Below, piece after piece: positions 11,401 through 25,100 of a DNA stretch of 64,000 nucleotides. Position 1 is the stretch's first letter, and every line of letters begins with the position of its first letter. Location: assembly GCF_009914755.1 (NCBI RefSeq), contig NC_060940.1; one strand, given 5' to 3'. The stretch comes from the human T2T-CHM13v2.0 reference genome, Homo sapiens. Position numbers and translations under genes: made by a program. Under the pieces are notes generated by a model. It ran no database searches. It was not told the DNA's origin and saw only the letters and a list, made by a program, of their open reading frames with translations.

Positions 11401-14400
11401 TCACAGAGTTCAACCTTCCTTTAGACAGAGCAGATTTGAAACACTCTTTTTGTGGAATTTGCAAGTGGAGATTTCAAGCGCTTCGATGCCAATGGTAGAA
11501 AAGGAAATATCTTCGTATAAAAACAAGACAAACTCGTTCGCAGACACTGCGTAGTGATGTGTGTGTTTAACTCACAGAGTTTAACCTTTCTTTTCATACA
11601 GCATTCTGGAAACCCTCTGTTTGTAAAGTCTGCAAGTGGATATTTGGACCTCTTAGATGCCTTCGTTGGAAACGGGATTTCTTCATATAATGCTAGAGGG
11701 AAGAATTCTTAGTAACTTCTTTGTGTTGTGTGTATTCAACTGACAGAGTTGAACCTTCCTTTAGACAGAGCAGATTTGAAAGTCTCTTTTTGTGGAATTT
11801 GCAAGTGGAGATTTCAAGCGCTTTGAGGCCAAAAGCAGAAAAGGAAATATTTTCCTATAAAAACTAGACAGAATCTTTCTCAGAAACTGCTCTGGGATGT
11901 GTGCGTTCAACTCACAGAGTTTAACTTTTCTTTTCATTCAGCAGTTTGGAAACACTCTGTTTGGAAAGTCTGCACGTGGATATTTTGACCTCTTTGAGTC
12001 CTTCGTTGGAAACGGGTTTTTTTCATGTAACGCTAGACAGAAGAAATCTCAGTAACTTCCTTGTGTTATGTGTATTCAACTGACAGAGTTGAACCTTCCT
12101 TTAGACAGAGCAGATTCGAAACACTCTTTTTCTGCAATTTGCAAGTGGAGACTTCAAGCGCTTTGAGGCCAAAGGCAGAAAAGGAAATATCTTCGTATAA
12201 AAACCCGACAGAATCATTCTCAGAAACTGCTCTGTGATGTGTGCGTTCAACTCACAGAGTTTAACTTTTCTTTTCATTCAGCAGTTTGGAAACACTCTGT
12301 TTGTAAAGTCTGCAAGTGGATATCTTGGCCTCTTAGAGGCCTTCGTTGGAAACGGGTTTTTTCATGTAAGGTTAGACAGAGGAATTCCCAGTAACTTCCT
12401 TGTGTTGTGTGCATTCAACTCACAGAGTTGAATGATTCTTTACACAGAGCAGATTTGAGACACTCTTTTGGTGGAATTTGTAAGTGGAGAATTCAGCTGC
12501 TTTGAGGTCAACGGTAGAAAAGGAAATATCTTCGTATAAAAACTAGACAGAATGATTCTCAGAAACTGTTTTGTGATGTGTGCGTTCAACTCACAGAGTT
12601 TAACCTTTCTTTTCAAAGAGCAGTTAGGAAACACTCTGTTTGTAAAGTCTGCAAGTGGATATTCAGACCTCTTTGAGGCCTTCGTTGGAAACGGGATTTC
12701 TTCATATTATGCTAGACAGATGAATTCTCAGTAACTTCCTTGTGTTGTGTGTATTCAACTCACAGAGTTGAACGATCCTTTACACAGAGCAGATTTGAAA
12801 CACTGTTTTTCTGGAATTTGCAAGTGGAGATTTCAGCCGCTTTGAGGTCAATGGTAGAAAAAGAAATATCTTCGTATAAAAACTAGACAGAATGATTCTC
12901 AGAAACTCCTTTGTGATGTGTGCGTTCAACTCACAGAGTTTAACCTTTCTTTTCACAGAGCAGTTAGGAAACACTCTGTTTGTGAAGCCTGCCAGTGGAT
13001 ATTCGGACCTCTTTGAGGCCTTCGTTGGAAACGGGATTTCTTCATATTATGCTAGACAGAAGATTTCTCAGTAACTTCTTTGTGTTGTGTGTATGCAACT
13101 CACAGAGTTCAACCTTCCTTTAGACAGAGCAGATTTGAAACACTCTTTTTGTGGAATTTGCAAGTGGAGATTTCAAGCGCTTTGAGGCCAAAAGCAGAAA
13201 AGGAAATATTTTCCTATAAAAACTAGACAGAATCTTTCTCAGAAACTGCTCTGTGATGTGTGCGTTCAACTCACAGAGTTTAACTTTTCTTTTCATTCAG
13301 CAGTTTGGAAACACTCTGTTTGTATAGTCTGCAAGTGGATATCTTGGCCTCTTAGAGGCCTTCGTTGGAAACGGGTTTTTTCATGTAAGGATAGACAGAG
13401 GAATTCCCAGTAACTTCCTTGTGTTGTGTGCATTCAACTCACAGAGTTGAATGATTCTTGACACAGAGCAGATTTGAGACACTCTTTTGGTGGAATTTGT
13501 AAGTGGAGAATTCAGCCGCTTTGAGGTCAACGGTAGAAAAGGAAATATCTTCGTATAAAAACTAGACAGAATGATTCTCAGAAACTGTTTTGTGATGTGT
13601 GCGTTCAACTCACAGAGTTTAACCTTTCTTTTCAAAGAGCAGTTAGGAAACACTCTGTTTGTAAAGTCTGCAAGTGGATATTCAGACCTCTTTGAGGCCT
13701 TCGTTGGAAACGGGATTTCTTCATATTATGCTAGACAGATGAATTCTCAGTAACTTCCTTGTGTTGTGTGTATTCAACTCACAGAGTTAAACGATCCTTT
13801 ACACAGAGCAGATTTGAAACACTGTTTTTCTGGAATTTGCAAGTGGAGATTTCAGCCGCTTTGAGGTCAATGGTAGAAAAGGAAATATCTTCGTATAAAA
13901 ACTAGACAGAATGATTCTCAGAAACTCCTTTGTGATGTGTGCGTTCAACTCACAGAGTTTAACCTTTCTTTTCACAGAGCAGTTAGGAAACACTCTGTTT
14001 GTGAAGCCTGCCAGTGGATATTCGGACCTCTTTGAGGCCTTCGTTGGAAACGGGATTTCTTCATATTATGCTAGACAGAAGATTTCTCAGTAACTTCTTT
14101 GTGTTGTGTGTATGCAACTCACAGAGTTCAACCTTCCTTTAGACAGAGCAGATTTGAAACACTCTTTTTGTGGAATTTGCAAGTGGAGATTTCAAGCGCT
14201 TCGATGCCAATGGTAGAAAAGGAAATATCTTCGTATAAAAACAAGACAAACTCGTTCCCAGACACTGCGTAGTGATGTGTGTGTTTAACTCACAGAGTTT
14301 CACCTTTCTTTTCATACAGCATTCTGGAAACCCTCTGTTTGTAAAGTCTGCAAGTGGATATTTGGACCTCTTAGATGCCTTCGTTGGAAACGGGATTTCT

Positions 14401-17400
14401 TCATATAATGCTAGAGGGAAGAATTCTTAGTAACTTCTTTGTGTTGTGTGTATTCAACTGACAGAGTTGAACCTTCCTTTAGACAGAGCAGATTTGAAAG
14501 TCTCTTTTTGTGGAATTTGCAAGTGGAGATTTCAAGCGCTTTGAGGCCAAAAGCAGAAAAGGAAATATTTTCCTATAAAAACTAGACAGAATCTTTCTCA
14601 GAAACTGCTCTGGGATGTGTGCGTTCAACTCACAGAGTTTAACTTTTCTTTTCATTCAGCAGTTTGGAAACACTCTGTTTGGAAAGTCTGCACGTGGATA
14701 TTTTGACCTCTTTGAGGCCTTCGTTGGAAACGGGTTTTTTTCATGTAAGGCTAGACAGAAGAAATCTCAGTAACTTCCTTGTGTTGTGTGTATTCAACTG
14801 ACAGAGTTGAACCTTCTTTTAGACAGAGCAGATTCGAAACACTCTTTTTCTGCAATTTGCAAGTGGAGACTTCAAGCGCTTTGAGGCCAAAGGCAGAAAA
14901 GGAAATATCTTCGTATAAAAACCCGACAGAATCATTCTCAGAAACTGCTCTGTGATGTGTGCGTTCAACTCACAGAGTTTAACTTTTCTTTTCATTCAGC
15001 AGTTTGGAAACACTCTGTTTGTAAAGTCTGCAAGTGGATATCTTGGCCTCTTAGAGGCCTTCGTTGGAAAAGGGTTTTTTCATGTAAGGTTAGACAGACG
15101 AATTCCCAGTAACTTCCTTGTGTTGTGTGCATTCAACTCACAGAGTTGAATGATTCTTTACACAGAGCAGATTTGAGACACTCTTTTGGTGGAATTTGTT
15201 AGTGGAGAATTCAGCCGCTTTGAGGTCAACGGTAGAAAAGGAAATATCTTCGTATAAAAACTAGACAGAATGATTCTCAGAAACTGTTTTGTGATGTGTG
15301 CGTTCAACTCACAGAGTTTAACCTTTCTTTTCAAAGAGCAGTTAGGAAACACTCTGTTTGTAAAGTCTGCAAGTGGATATTCAGACCTCTTTGAGGCCTT
15401 CGTTGGAAACGGGATTTCTTCATATTATGCTAGACAGATGAATTCTCAGTAACTTCCTTGTGTTGTGTGTATTCAACTCACAGAGTTGAACGATCCTTTA
15501 CACAGAGCAGATTTGAAACACTGTTTTTCTGGAATTTGCAAGTGGAGATTTCAGCTGCTTTGAGGTCAATGGTAGAAAAGGAAATATCTTCGTATAAAAA
15601 CTAGACAGAATGATTCTCAGAAACTCCTTTGTGATGTGTGCGTTCAACTCACAGAGTTTAACCTTTCTTTTCACAGAGCAGTTAGGAAACACTCTGTTTG
15701 TGAAGCCTGCCAGTGGATATACGGACCTCTTTGAGGCCTTCGTTGGAAACGGGATTTCTTCATATTATGCTAGACAGAAGATTTCTCAGTAACTTCTTTG
15801 TGTTGTGTGTATGCAACTCACAGAGTTCAACCTTCCTTTAGACAGAGCAGATTTGAAACACTCTTTTTGTGGAATTTGCAAGTGGAGATTTCAAGCGCTT
15901 TGAGGCCAAAAGCAGAAAAGGAAATATTTTCCTATAAAAACTAGACAGAATCTTTCTCAGAAACTGCTCTGTGATGTGTGCGTTCAACTCACAGAGTTTA
16001 ACTTTTCTTTTCATTCAGCAGTTTGGAAACACTCTGTTTGTAAAGTCTGCAAGTGGATATCTTGGCCTCTTAGAGGCCTTCGTTGGAAACGGGTTTTTTC
16101 ATGTAAGGATAGACAGAGGAATTCCCAGTAACTTCCTTGTGTTGTGTGCATTCAACTCACAGAGTTGAATGATTCTTTACACAGAGCAGATTTGAGACAC
16201 TCTTTTGGTGGAATTTGTAAGTGGAGAATTCAGCCGCTTTGAGGTCAACGGTAGAAAAGGAAATATCTTCGTATAAAAACTAGACAGAATGATTCTCAGA
16301 AACTGTTTTGTGATGTGTGCGTTCAACTCACAGAGTTTAACCTTTCTTTTCAAAGAGCAGTTAGGAAACACTCTGTTTGTAAAGTCTGCAAGTGGATATT
16401 CAGACCTCTTTGAGGCCTTCGTTGGAAACGGGATTTCTTCATATTATGCTAGACAGATGAATTCTCAGTAACTTCCTTGTGTTGTGTGTATTCAACTCAC
16501 AGAGTTAAACGATCCTTTACACAGAGCAGATTTGAAACACTGTTTTTCTGGAATTTGCAAGTGGAGATTTCAGCCGCTTTGAGGTCAATGGTAGAAAAGG
16601 AAATATCTTCGTATAAAAACTAGACAGAATGATTCTCAGAAACTCCTTTGTGATGTGTGCGTTCAACTCACAGAGTTTAACCTTTCTTTTCACAGAGCAG
16701 TTAGGAAACACTCTGTTTGTGAAGCCTGCCAGTGGATATTCGGACCTCTTTGAGGCCTTCGTTGGAAACGGGATTTCTTCATATTATGCTAGACAGAAGA
16801 TTTCTCAGTAACTTCTTTGTGTTGTGTGTATGCAACTCACAGAGTTCAACCTTCCTTTAGACAGAGCAGATTTGAAACACTCTTTTTGTGGAATTTGCAA
16901 GTGGAGATTTCAAGCGCTTTGAGGCCAAAAGCAGAAAAGGAAATATTTTCCTATAAAAACTAGACAGAATCTTTCTCAGAAACTGCTCTGTGATGTGTGC
17001 GTTCAACTCACAGAGTTTAACTTTTCTTTTCATTCAGCAGTTTGGAAACACTCTGTTTGTAAAGTCTGCAAGTGGATATCTTGGCCTCTTAGAGGCCTTC
17101 GTTGGAAACGGGTTTTTTCATGTAAGGATAGACAGAGGAATTCCCAGTAACTTCCTTGTGTTGTGTGCATTCAACTCACAGAGTTGAATGATTCTTTACA
17201 CAGAGCAGATTTGAGACACTCTTTTGGTGGAATTTGTAAGTGGAGAATTCAGCCGCTTTGAGGTCAACGGTAGAAAAGGAAATATCTTCGTATAAAAACT
17301 AGACAGAATGATTCTCAGAAACTGTTTTGTGATGTGTGCGTTCAACTCACAGAGTTTAACCTTTCTTTTCAAAGAGCAGTTAGGAAACACTCTGTTTGTA

Positions 17401-18344
17401 AAGTCTGCAAGTGGATATTCAGACCTCTTTGAGGCCTTCGTTGGAAACGGGATTTCTTCATATTATGCTAGACAGATGAATTCTCAGTAACTTCCTTGTG
17501 TTGTGTGTATTCAACTCACCGAGTTAAACGATCCTTTACACAGAGCAGATTTGAAACACTGTTTTTCTGGAATTTGCAAGTGGAGATTTCAGCCGCTTTG
17601 AGGTCAATGGTAGAAAAGGAAATATCTTCGTATAAAAACTAGACAGAATGATTCTCAGAAACTCCTTTGTGATATGTGCGTTCAACTCACAGAGTTTAAC
17701 CTTTCTTTTCACAGAGCAGTTAGGAAACACTCTGTGAAGCCTGCCAGTGGATATTCGGACCTCTTTGAGGCCTTCGTTGGAAACGGGATTTCTTCATATT
17801 ATGCTAGACAGAAGATTTCTCAGTAACTTCTTTGTGTTGTGTGTATGCAACTCACAGAGTTCAACCTTCCTTTAGACAGAGCAGATTTGAAACACTCTTT
17901 TTGTGGAATTTGCAAGTGGAGATTTCAAGCGCTTCAATGCCAATGGTAGAAAAGGAAATATCTTCGTATAAAAACAAGACAAACTCGTTCCCAGACACTG
18001 CGTAGTGATGTGTGTGTTTAACACACAGAGTTTAACCTTTCTTTTCATACAGCATTCTGGAAACCCTCTGTTTGTAAAGTCTGCAAGTGGATATTTGGAC
18101 CTCTTAGATGCCTTCGTTGGAAACGGGATTTCTTCATATAATGCTAGAGGGAAGAATTCTTAGTAACTTCTTTGTGTTGTGTGTATTCAACTGACAGAGT
18201 TGAACCTTCCTTTAGACAGAGCAGATTCGAAACACTCTTTTTCTGCAATTTGCAAGTGGAGACTTCAAGCGCTTTGAGGCCAAAGGCAGAAAAGGAAATA
18301 TCTTCGTATAAAAACCCGACAGAATCATTCTCAGAAACTGCTCT

Positions 18345-19703
18345 GTGATGTGTGCGTTCAACTCACAGAGTTTAACTTTTCTTTTCATTCAGCAGTTTGG
18401 AAACACTCTGTTTGTAAAGTCTGCAAGTGGATATCTTGGCCTCTTAGAGGCCTTCGTTGGAAACGGGTTTTTTCATGTAAGGTTAGACAGAGGAATTCCC
18501 AGTAACTTCCTTGTGTTGTGTGCATTCAACTCACAGAGTTGAATGATTCTTTACACAGAGCAGATTTGAGACACTCTTTTGGTGGAATTTGTAAGTGGAG
18601 AATTCAGCTGCTTTGAGGTCAACGGTAGAAAAGGAAATATCTTCGTATAAAAACTAGACAGAATGATTCTCAGAAACTGTTTTGTGATGTGTGCGTTCAA
18701 CTCACAGAGTTTAACCTTTCTTTTCAAAGAGCAGTTAGGAAACACTCTGTTTGTAAAGTCTGCAAGTGGATATTCAGACCTCTTTGAGGCCTTCTTTGGA
18801 AACGGGATTTCTTCATATTATGCTAGACAGATGAATTCTCAGTAACTTCCTTGTGTTGTGTGTATTCAACTCACAGAGTTGAACGATCCTTTACACAGAG
18901 CAGATTTGAAACACTGTTTTTCTGGAATTTGCAAGTGGAGATTTCAGCCGCTTTGAGGTCAATGGTAGAAAAGGAAATATCTTCGTATAAAAACTAGACA
19001 GAATGATTCTCAGAAACTCCTTTGTGATGTGTGCGTTCAACTCACAGAGTTTAACCTTTCTTTTCACAGAGCAGTTAGGAAACACTCTGTTTGTGAAGCC
19101 TGCCAGTGGATATTCGGACCTCTTTGAGGCCTTCGTTGGAAACGGGATTTCTTCATATTATGCTAGACAGAAGATTTCTCAGTAACTTCTTTGTGTTGTG
19201 TGTATGCAACTCACAGAGTTCAACCTTCCTTTAGACAGAGCAGATTTGAAACACTCTTTTTGTGGAATTTGCAAGTGGAGATTTCAAGCGCTTCGATGCC
19301 AATGGTAGAAAAGGAAATATCTTCGTATAAAAACAAGACAAACTCGTTCCCAGACACTGCGTAGTGATGTGTGTGTTTAACTCACAGAGTTTCACCTTTC
19401 TTTTCATACAGCATTCTGGAAACCCTCAGTTTGTAAAGTCTGCAAGTGGATATTTGGACCTCTTAGATGCCTTCGTTGGAAACGGGATTTCTTCATATAA
19501 TGCTAGAGGGAAGAATTCTTAGTAACTTCTTTGTGTTGTGTGTATTCAACTGACAGAGTTGAACCTTCCTTTAGACAGAGCAGATTTGAAAGTCTCTTTT
19601 TGTGGAATTTGCAAGTGGAGATTTCAAGCGCTTTGAGGCCAAAGGCAGAAAAGGAAATATCTTCGTATAAAAACCCGACAGAATCATTCTCAGAAACTGC
19701 TCT
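18345..19703 (+). repeat. 8-mer HOR variant type 8b, 1359 bp (3 copies: 18345, 19704, 37706)
   Basis: Hybrid D2/E2 monomer that keeps D2 sequence through GAAAGTCTC..GGAGATTTC and switches to E2 only at CCAAAGGCAG..AAAACCCGAC. Confidence 0.9.
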
Positions 19704-22145
19704 GTGATGTGTGCGTTCAACTCACAGAGTTTAACTTTTCTTTTCATTCAGCAGTTTGGAAACACTCTGTTTGTAAAGTCTGCAAGTGGATATCTTGGCC
19801 TCTTAGAGGCCTTCTTTGGAAACGGGTTTTTTCATGTAAGGTTAGACAGAGGAATTCCCAGTAACTTCCTTGTGTTGTGTGCATTCAACTCACAGAGTTG
19901 AATGATTCTTTACACAGAGCAGATTTGAGACACTCTTTTGGTGGAATTTGTAAGTGGAGAATTCAGCTGCTTTGAGGTCAACGGTAGAAAAGGAAATATC
20001 TTCGTATAAAAACTAGACAGAATGATTCTCAGAAACTGTTTTGTGATGTGTGCGTTCAACTCACAGAGTTTAACCTTTCTTTTCAAAGAGCAGTTAGGAA
20101 ACACTCTGTTTGTAAAGTCTGCAAGTGGATATTCAGACCTCTTTGAGGCCTTCGTTGGAAACGGGATTTCTTCATATTATGCTAGACAGATGAATTCTCA
20201 GTAACTTCCTTGTGTTGTGTGTATTCAACTCACAGAGTTGAACGATCCTTTACACAGAGCAGATTTGAAACACTGTTTTTCTGGAATTTGCAAGTGGAGA
20301 TTTCAGCCGCTTTGAGGTCAATGGTAGAAAAAGAAATATCTTCGTATAAAAACTAGACAGAATGATTCTCAGAAACTCCTTTGTGATGTGTGCGTTCAAC
20401 TCACAGAGTTTAACCTTTCTTTTCACAGAGCAGTTAGGAAACACTCTGTTTGTGAAGCCTGCCAGTGGATATTCGGACCTCTTTGAGGCCTTCGTTGGAA
20501 ACGGGATTTCTTCATATTATGCTAGACAGAAGATTTCTCAGTAACTTCTTTGTGTTGTGTGTATGCAACTCACAGAGTTCAACCTTCCTTTAGACAGAGC
20601 AGATTTGAAACACTCTTTTTGTGGAATTTGCAAGTGGAGATTTCAAGCGCTTCGATGCCAATGGTAGAAAAGGAAATATCTTCGTATAAAAACAAGACAA
20701 ACTCGTTCCCAGACACTGCGTAGTGATGTGTGTGTTTAACTCACAGAGTTTCACCTTTCTTTTCATACAGCATTCTGGAAACCCTCAGTTTGTAAAGTCT
20801 GCAAGTGGATATTTGGACCTCTTAGATGCCTTCGTTGGAAACGGGATTTCTTCATATAATGCTAGAGGGAAGAATTCTTAGTAACTTCTTTGTGTTGTGT
20901 GTATTCAACTGACAGAGTTGAACCTTCCTTTAGACAGAGCAGATTTGAAAGTCTCTTTTTGTGGAATTTGCAAGTGGAGATTTCAAGCGCTTTGAGGCCA
21001 AAGGCAGAAAAGGAAATATCTTCGTATAAAAACCCGACAGAATCATTCTCAGAAACTGCTCTGTGATGTGTGCGTTCAACTCACAGAGTTTAACTTTTCT
21101 TTTCATTCAGCAGTTTGGAAACACTCTGTTTGTAAAGTCTGCAAGTGGATATCTTGGCCTCTTAGAGGCCTTCTTTGGAAACGGGTTTTTTCATGTAAGG
21201 TTAGACAGAGGAATTCCCAGTAACTTCCTTGTGTTGTGTGCATTCAACTCACAGAGTTGAATGATTCTTTACACAGAGCAGATTTGAGACACTCTTTTGG
21301 TGGAATTTGTAAGTGGAGAATTCAGCTGCTTTGAGGTCAACGGTAGAAAAGGAAATATCTTCGTATAAAAACTAGACAGAATGATTCTCAGAAACTGTTT
21401 TGTGATGTGTGCGTTCAACTCACAGAGTTTAACCTTTCTTTTCAAAGAGCAGTTAGGAAACACTCTGTTTGTAAAGTCTGCAAGTGGATATTCAGACCTC
21501 TTTGAGGCCTTCGTTGGAAACGGGATTTCTTCATATTATGCTAGACAGATGAATTCTCAGTAACTTCCTTGTGTTGTGTGTATTCAACTCACAGAGTTGA
21601 ACGATCCTTTACACAGAGCAGATTTGAAACACTGTTTTTCTGGAATTTGCAAGTGGAGATTTCAGCCGCTTTGAGGTCAATGGTAGAAAAAGAAATATCT
21701 TCGTATAAAAACTAGACAGAATGATTCTCAGAAACTCCTTTGTGATGTGTGCGTTCAACTCACAGAGTTTAACCTTTCTTTTCACAGAGCAGTTAGGAAA
21801 CACTCTGTTTGTGAAGCCTGCCAGTGGATATTCGGACCTCTTTGAGGCCTTCGTTGGAAACGGGATTTCTTCATATTATGCTAGACAGAAGATTTCTCAG
21901 TAACTTCTTTGTGTTGTGTGTATGCAACTCACAGAGTTCAACCTTCCTTTAGACAGAGCAGATTTGAAACACTCTTTTTGTGGAATTTGCAAGTGGAGAT
22001 TTCAAGCGCTTCGATGCCAATGGTAGAAAAGGAAATATCTTCGTATAAAAACAAGACAAACTCGTTCCCAGACACTGCGTAGTGATGTGTGTGTTTAACT
22101 CACAGAGTTTCACCTTTCTTTTCATACAGCATTCTGGAAACCCTC
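18974..22145 (+). repeat. Local tandem duplication, period 1359 bp
   Basis: Rare variants repeat at +1359: CCCTCAGT at 19428/20787 and CENP-B box G>T at 19815/21174. Boundaries are approximate, set by flanking mismatches. Confidence 0.8.
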
Positions 22146-25100
22146 TGTTTGTAAAGTCTGCAAGTGGATATTTGGACCTCTTAGATGCCTTCGTTGGAAA
22201 CGGGATTTCTTCATATAATGCTAGAGGGAAGAATTCTTAGTAACTTCTTTGTGTTGTGTGTATTCAACTGACAGAGTTGAACCTTCCTTTAGACAGAGCA
22301 GATTTGAAAGTCTCTTTTTGTGGAATTTGCAAGTGGAGATTTCAAGCGCTTTGAGGCCAAAAGCAGAAAAGGAAATATTTTCCTATAAAAACTAGACAGA
22401 ATCTTTCTCAGAAACTGCTCTGGGATGTGTGCGTTCAACTCACAGAGTTTAACTTTTCTTTTCATTCAGCAGTTTGGAAACACTCTGTTTGGAAAGTCTG
22501 CACGTGGATATTTTGACCTCTTTGAGGCCTTCATTGGAAACGGGTTTTTTTCATGTAACGCTAGACAGAAGAAATCTCAGTAACTTCCTTGTGTTGTGTG
22601 TATTCAACTGACAGAGTTGAACCTTCCTTTAGACAGAGCAGATTCGAAACACTCTTTTTCTGCAATTTGCAAGTGGAGACTTCAAGCGCTTTGAGGCCAA
22701 AGGCAGAAAAGGAAATATCTTCGTATAAAAACCCGACAGAATCATTCTCAGAAACTGCTCTGTGATGTGTGCGTTCAACTCACAGAGTTTAACTTTTCTT
22801 TTCATTCAGCAGTTTGGAAACACTCTGTTTGTAAAGTCTGCAAGTGGATATCTTGGCCTCTTAGAGGCCTTCGTTGGAAACGGGTTTTTTCATGTAAGGT
22901 TAGACAGAGGAATTCCCAGTAACTTCCTTGTGTTGTGTGCATTCAACTCACAGAGTTGAATGATTCTTTACACAGAGCAGATTTGAGACACTCTTTTGGT
23001 GGAATTTGTAAGTGGAGAATTCAGCTGCTTTGAGGTCAACGGTAGAAAAGGAAATATCTTCGTATAAAAACTAGACAGAATGATTCTCAGAAACTGTTTT
23101 GTGATGTGTGCGTTCAACTCACAGAGTTTAACCTTTCTTTTCAAAGAGCAGTTAGGAAACACTCTGTTTGTAAAGTCTGCAAGTGGATATTCAGACCTCT
23201 TTGAGGCCTTCGTTGGAAACGGGATTTCTTCATATTATGCTAGACAGATGAATTCTCAGTAACTTCCTTGTGTTGTGTGTATTCAACTCACAGAGTTGAA
23301 CGACCCTTTACACAGAGCAGATTTGAAACACTGTTTTTCTGGAATTTGCAAGTGGAGATTTCAGCTGCTTTGAGGTCAATGGTAGAAAAGGAAATATCTT
23401 CGTATAAAAACTAGACAGAATGATTCTCAGAAACTCCTTTGTGATGTGTGCGTTCAACTCACAGAATTTAACCTTTCTTTTCACAGAGCAGTTAGGAAAC
23501 ACTCTGTTTGTGAAGCCTGCCCGTGGATATTCGGACCTCTTTGAGGCCTTCGTTGGAAACGGGATTTCTTCATATTATGCTAGACAGAAGATTTCTCAGT
23601 AACTTCTTTGTGTTGTGTGTATGCAACTCACAGAGTTCAACCTTCCTTTAGACAGAGCAGATTTGAAACACTCTTTTTGTGGAATTTGCAAGTGGAGATT
23701 TCAAGCGCTTTGAGGCCAAAAGCAGAAAAGGAAATATTTTCCTATAAAAACTAGACAGAATCTTTCTCAGAAACTGCTCTGTGATGTGTGCGTTCAACTC
23801 ACAGAGTTTAACTTTTCTTTTCATTCAGCAGTTTGGAAACACTCTGTTTGTAAAGTCTGCAAGTGGATATCTTGGCCTCTTAGAGGCCTTCGTTGGAAAC
23901 GGGTTTTTTCATGTAAGGATAGACAGAGGAATTCCCAGTAACTTCCTTGTGTTGTGTGCATTCAACTCACAGAGTTGAATGATTCTTTACACAGAGCAGA
24001 TTTGAGACACTCTTTTGGTGGAATTTGTAAGTGGAGAATTCAGCCGCTTTGAGGTCAACGGTAGAAAAGGAAATATCTTCGTATAAAAACTAGACAGAAT
24101 GATTCTCAGAAACTGTTTTGTGATGTGTGCGTTCAACTCACAGAGTTTAACCTTTCTTTTCAAAGAGCAGTTAGGAAACACTCTGTTTGTAAAGTCTGCA
24201 AGTGGATATTCAGACCTCTTTGAGGCCTTCGTTGGAAACGGGATTTCTTCATATTATGCTAGACAGATGAATTCTCAGTAACTTCCTTGTGTTGTGTGTA
24301 TTCAACTCACCGAGTTAAACGATCCTTTACACAGAGCAGATTTGAAACACTGTTTTTCTGGAATTTGCAAGTGGAGATTTCAGCCGCTTTGAGGTCAATG
24401 GTAGAAAAGGAAATATCTTCGTATAAAAACTAGACAGAATGATTCTCAGAAACTCCTTTGTGATGTGTGCGTTCAACTCACAGAGTTTAACCTTTCTTTT
24501 CACAGAGCAGTTAGGAAACACTCTGTGAAGCCTGCCAGTGGATATTCGGACCTCTTTGAGGCCTTCGTTGGAAACGGGATTTCTTCATATTATGCTAGAC
24601 AGAAGATTTCTCAGTAACTTCTTTGTGTTGTGTGTATGCAACTCACAGAGTTCAACCTTCCTTTAGACAGAGCAGATTTGAAACACTCTTTTTGTGGAAT
24701 TTGCAAGTGGAGATTTCAAGCGCTTCGATGCCAATGGTAGAAAAGGAAATATCTTCGTATAAAAACAAGACAAACTCGTTCGCAGACACTGCGTAGTGAT
24801 GTGTGTGTTTAACTCACAGAGTTTAACCTTTCTTTTCATACAGCATTCTGGAAACCCTCTGTTTGTAAAGTCTGCAAGTGGATATTTGGACCTCTTAGAT
24901 GCCTTCGTTGGAAACGGGATTTCTTCATATAATGCTAGAGGGAAGAATTCTTAGTAACTTCTTTGTGTTGTGTGTATTCAACTGACAGAGTTGAACCTTC
25001 CTTTAGACAGAGCAGATTTGAAAGTCTCTTTTTGTGGAATTTGCAAGTGGAGATTTCAAGCGCTTTGAGGCCAAAAGCAGAAAAGGAAATATTTTCCTAT

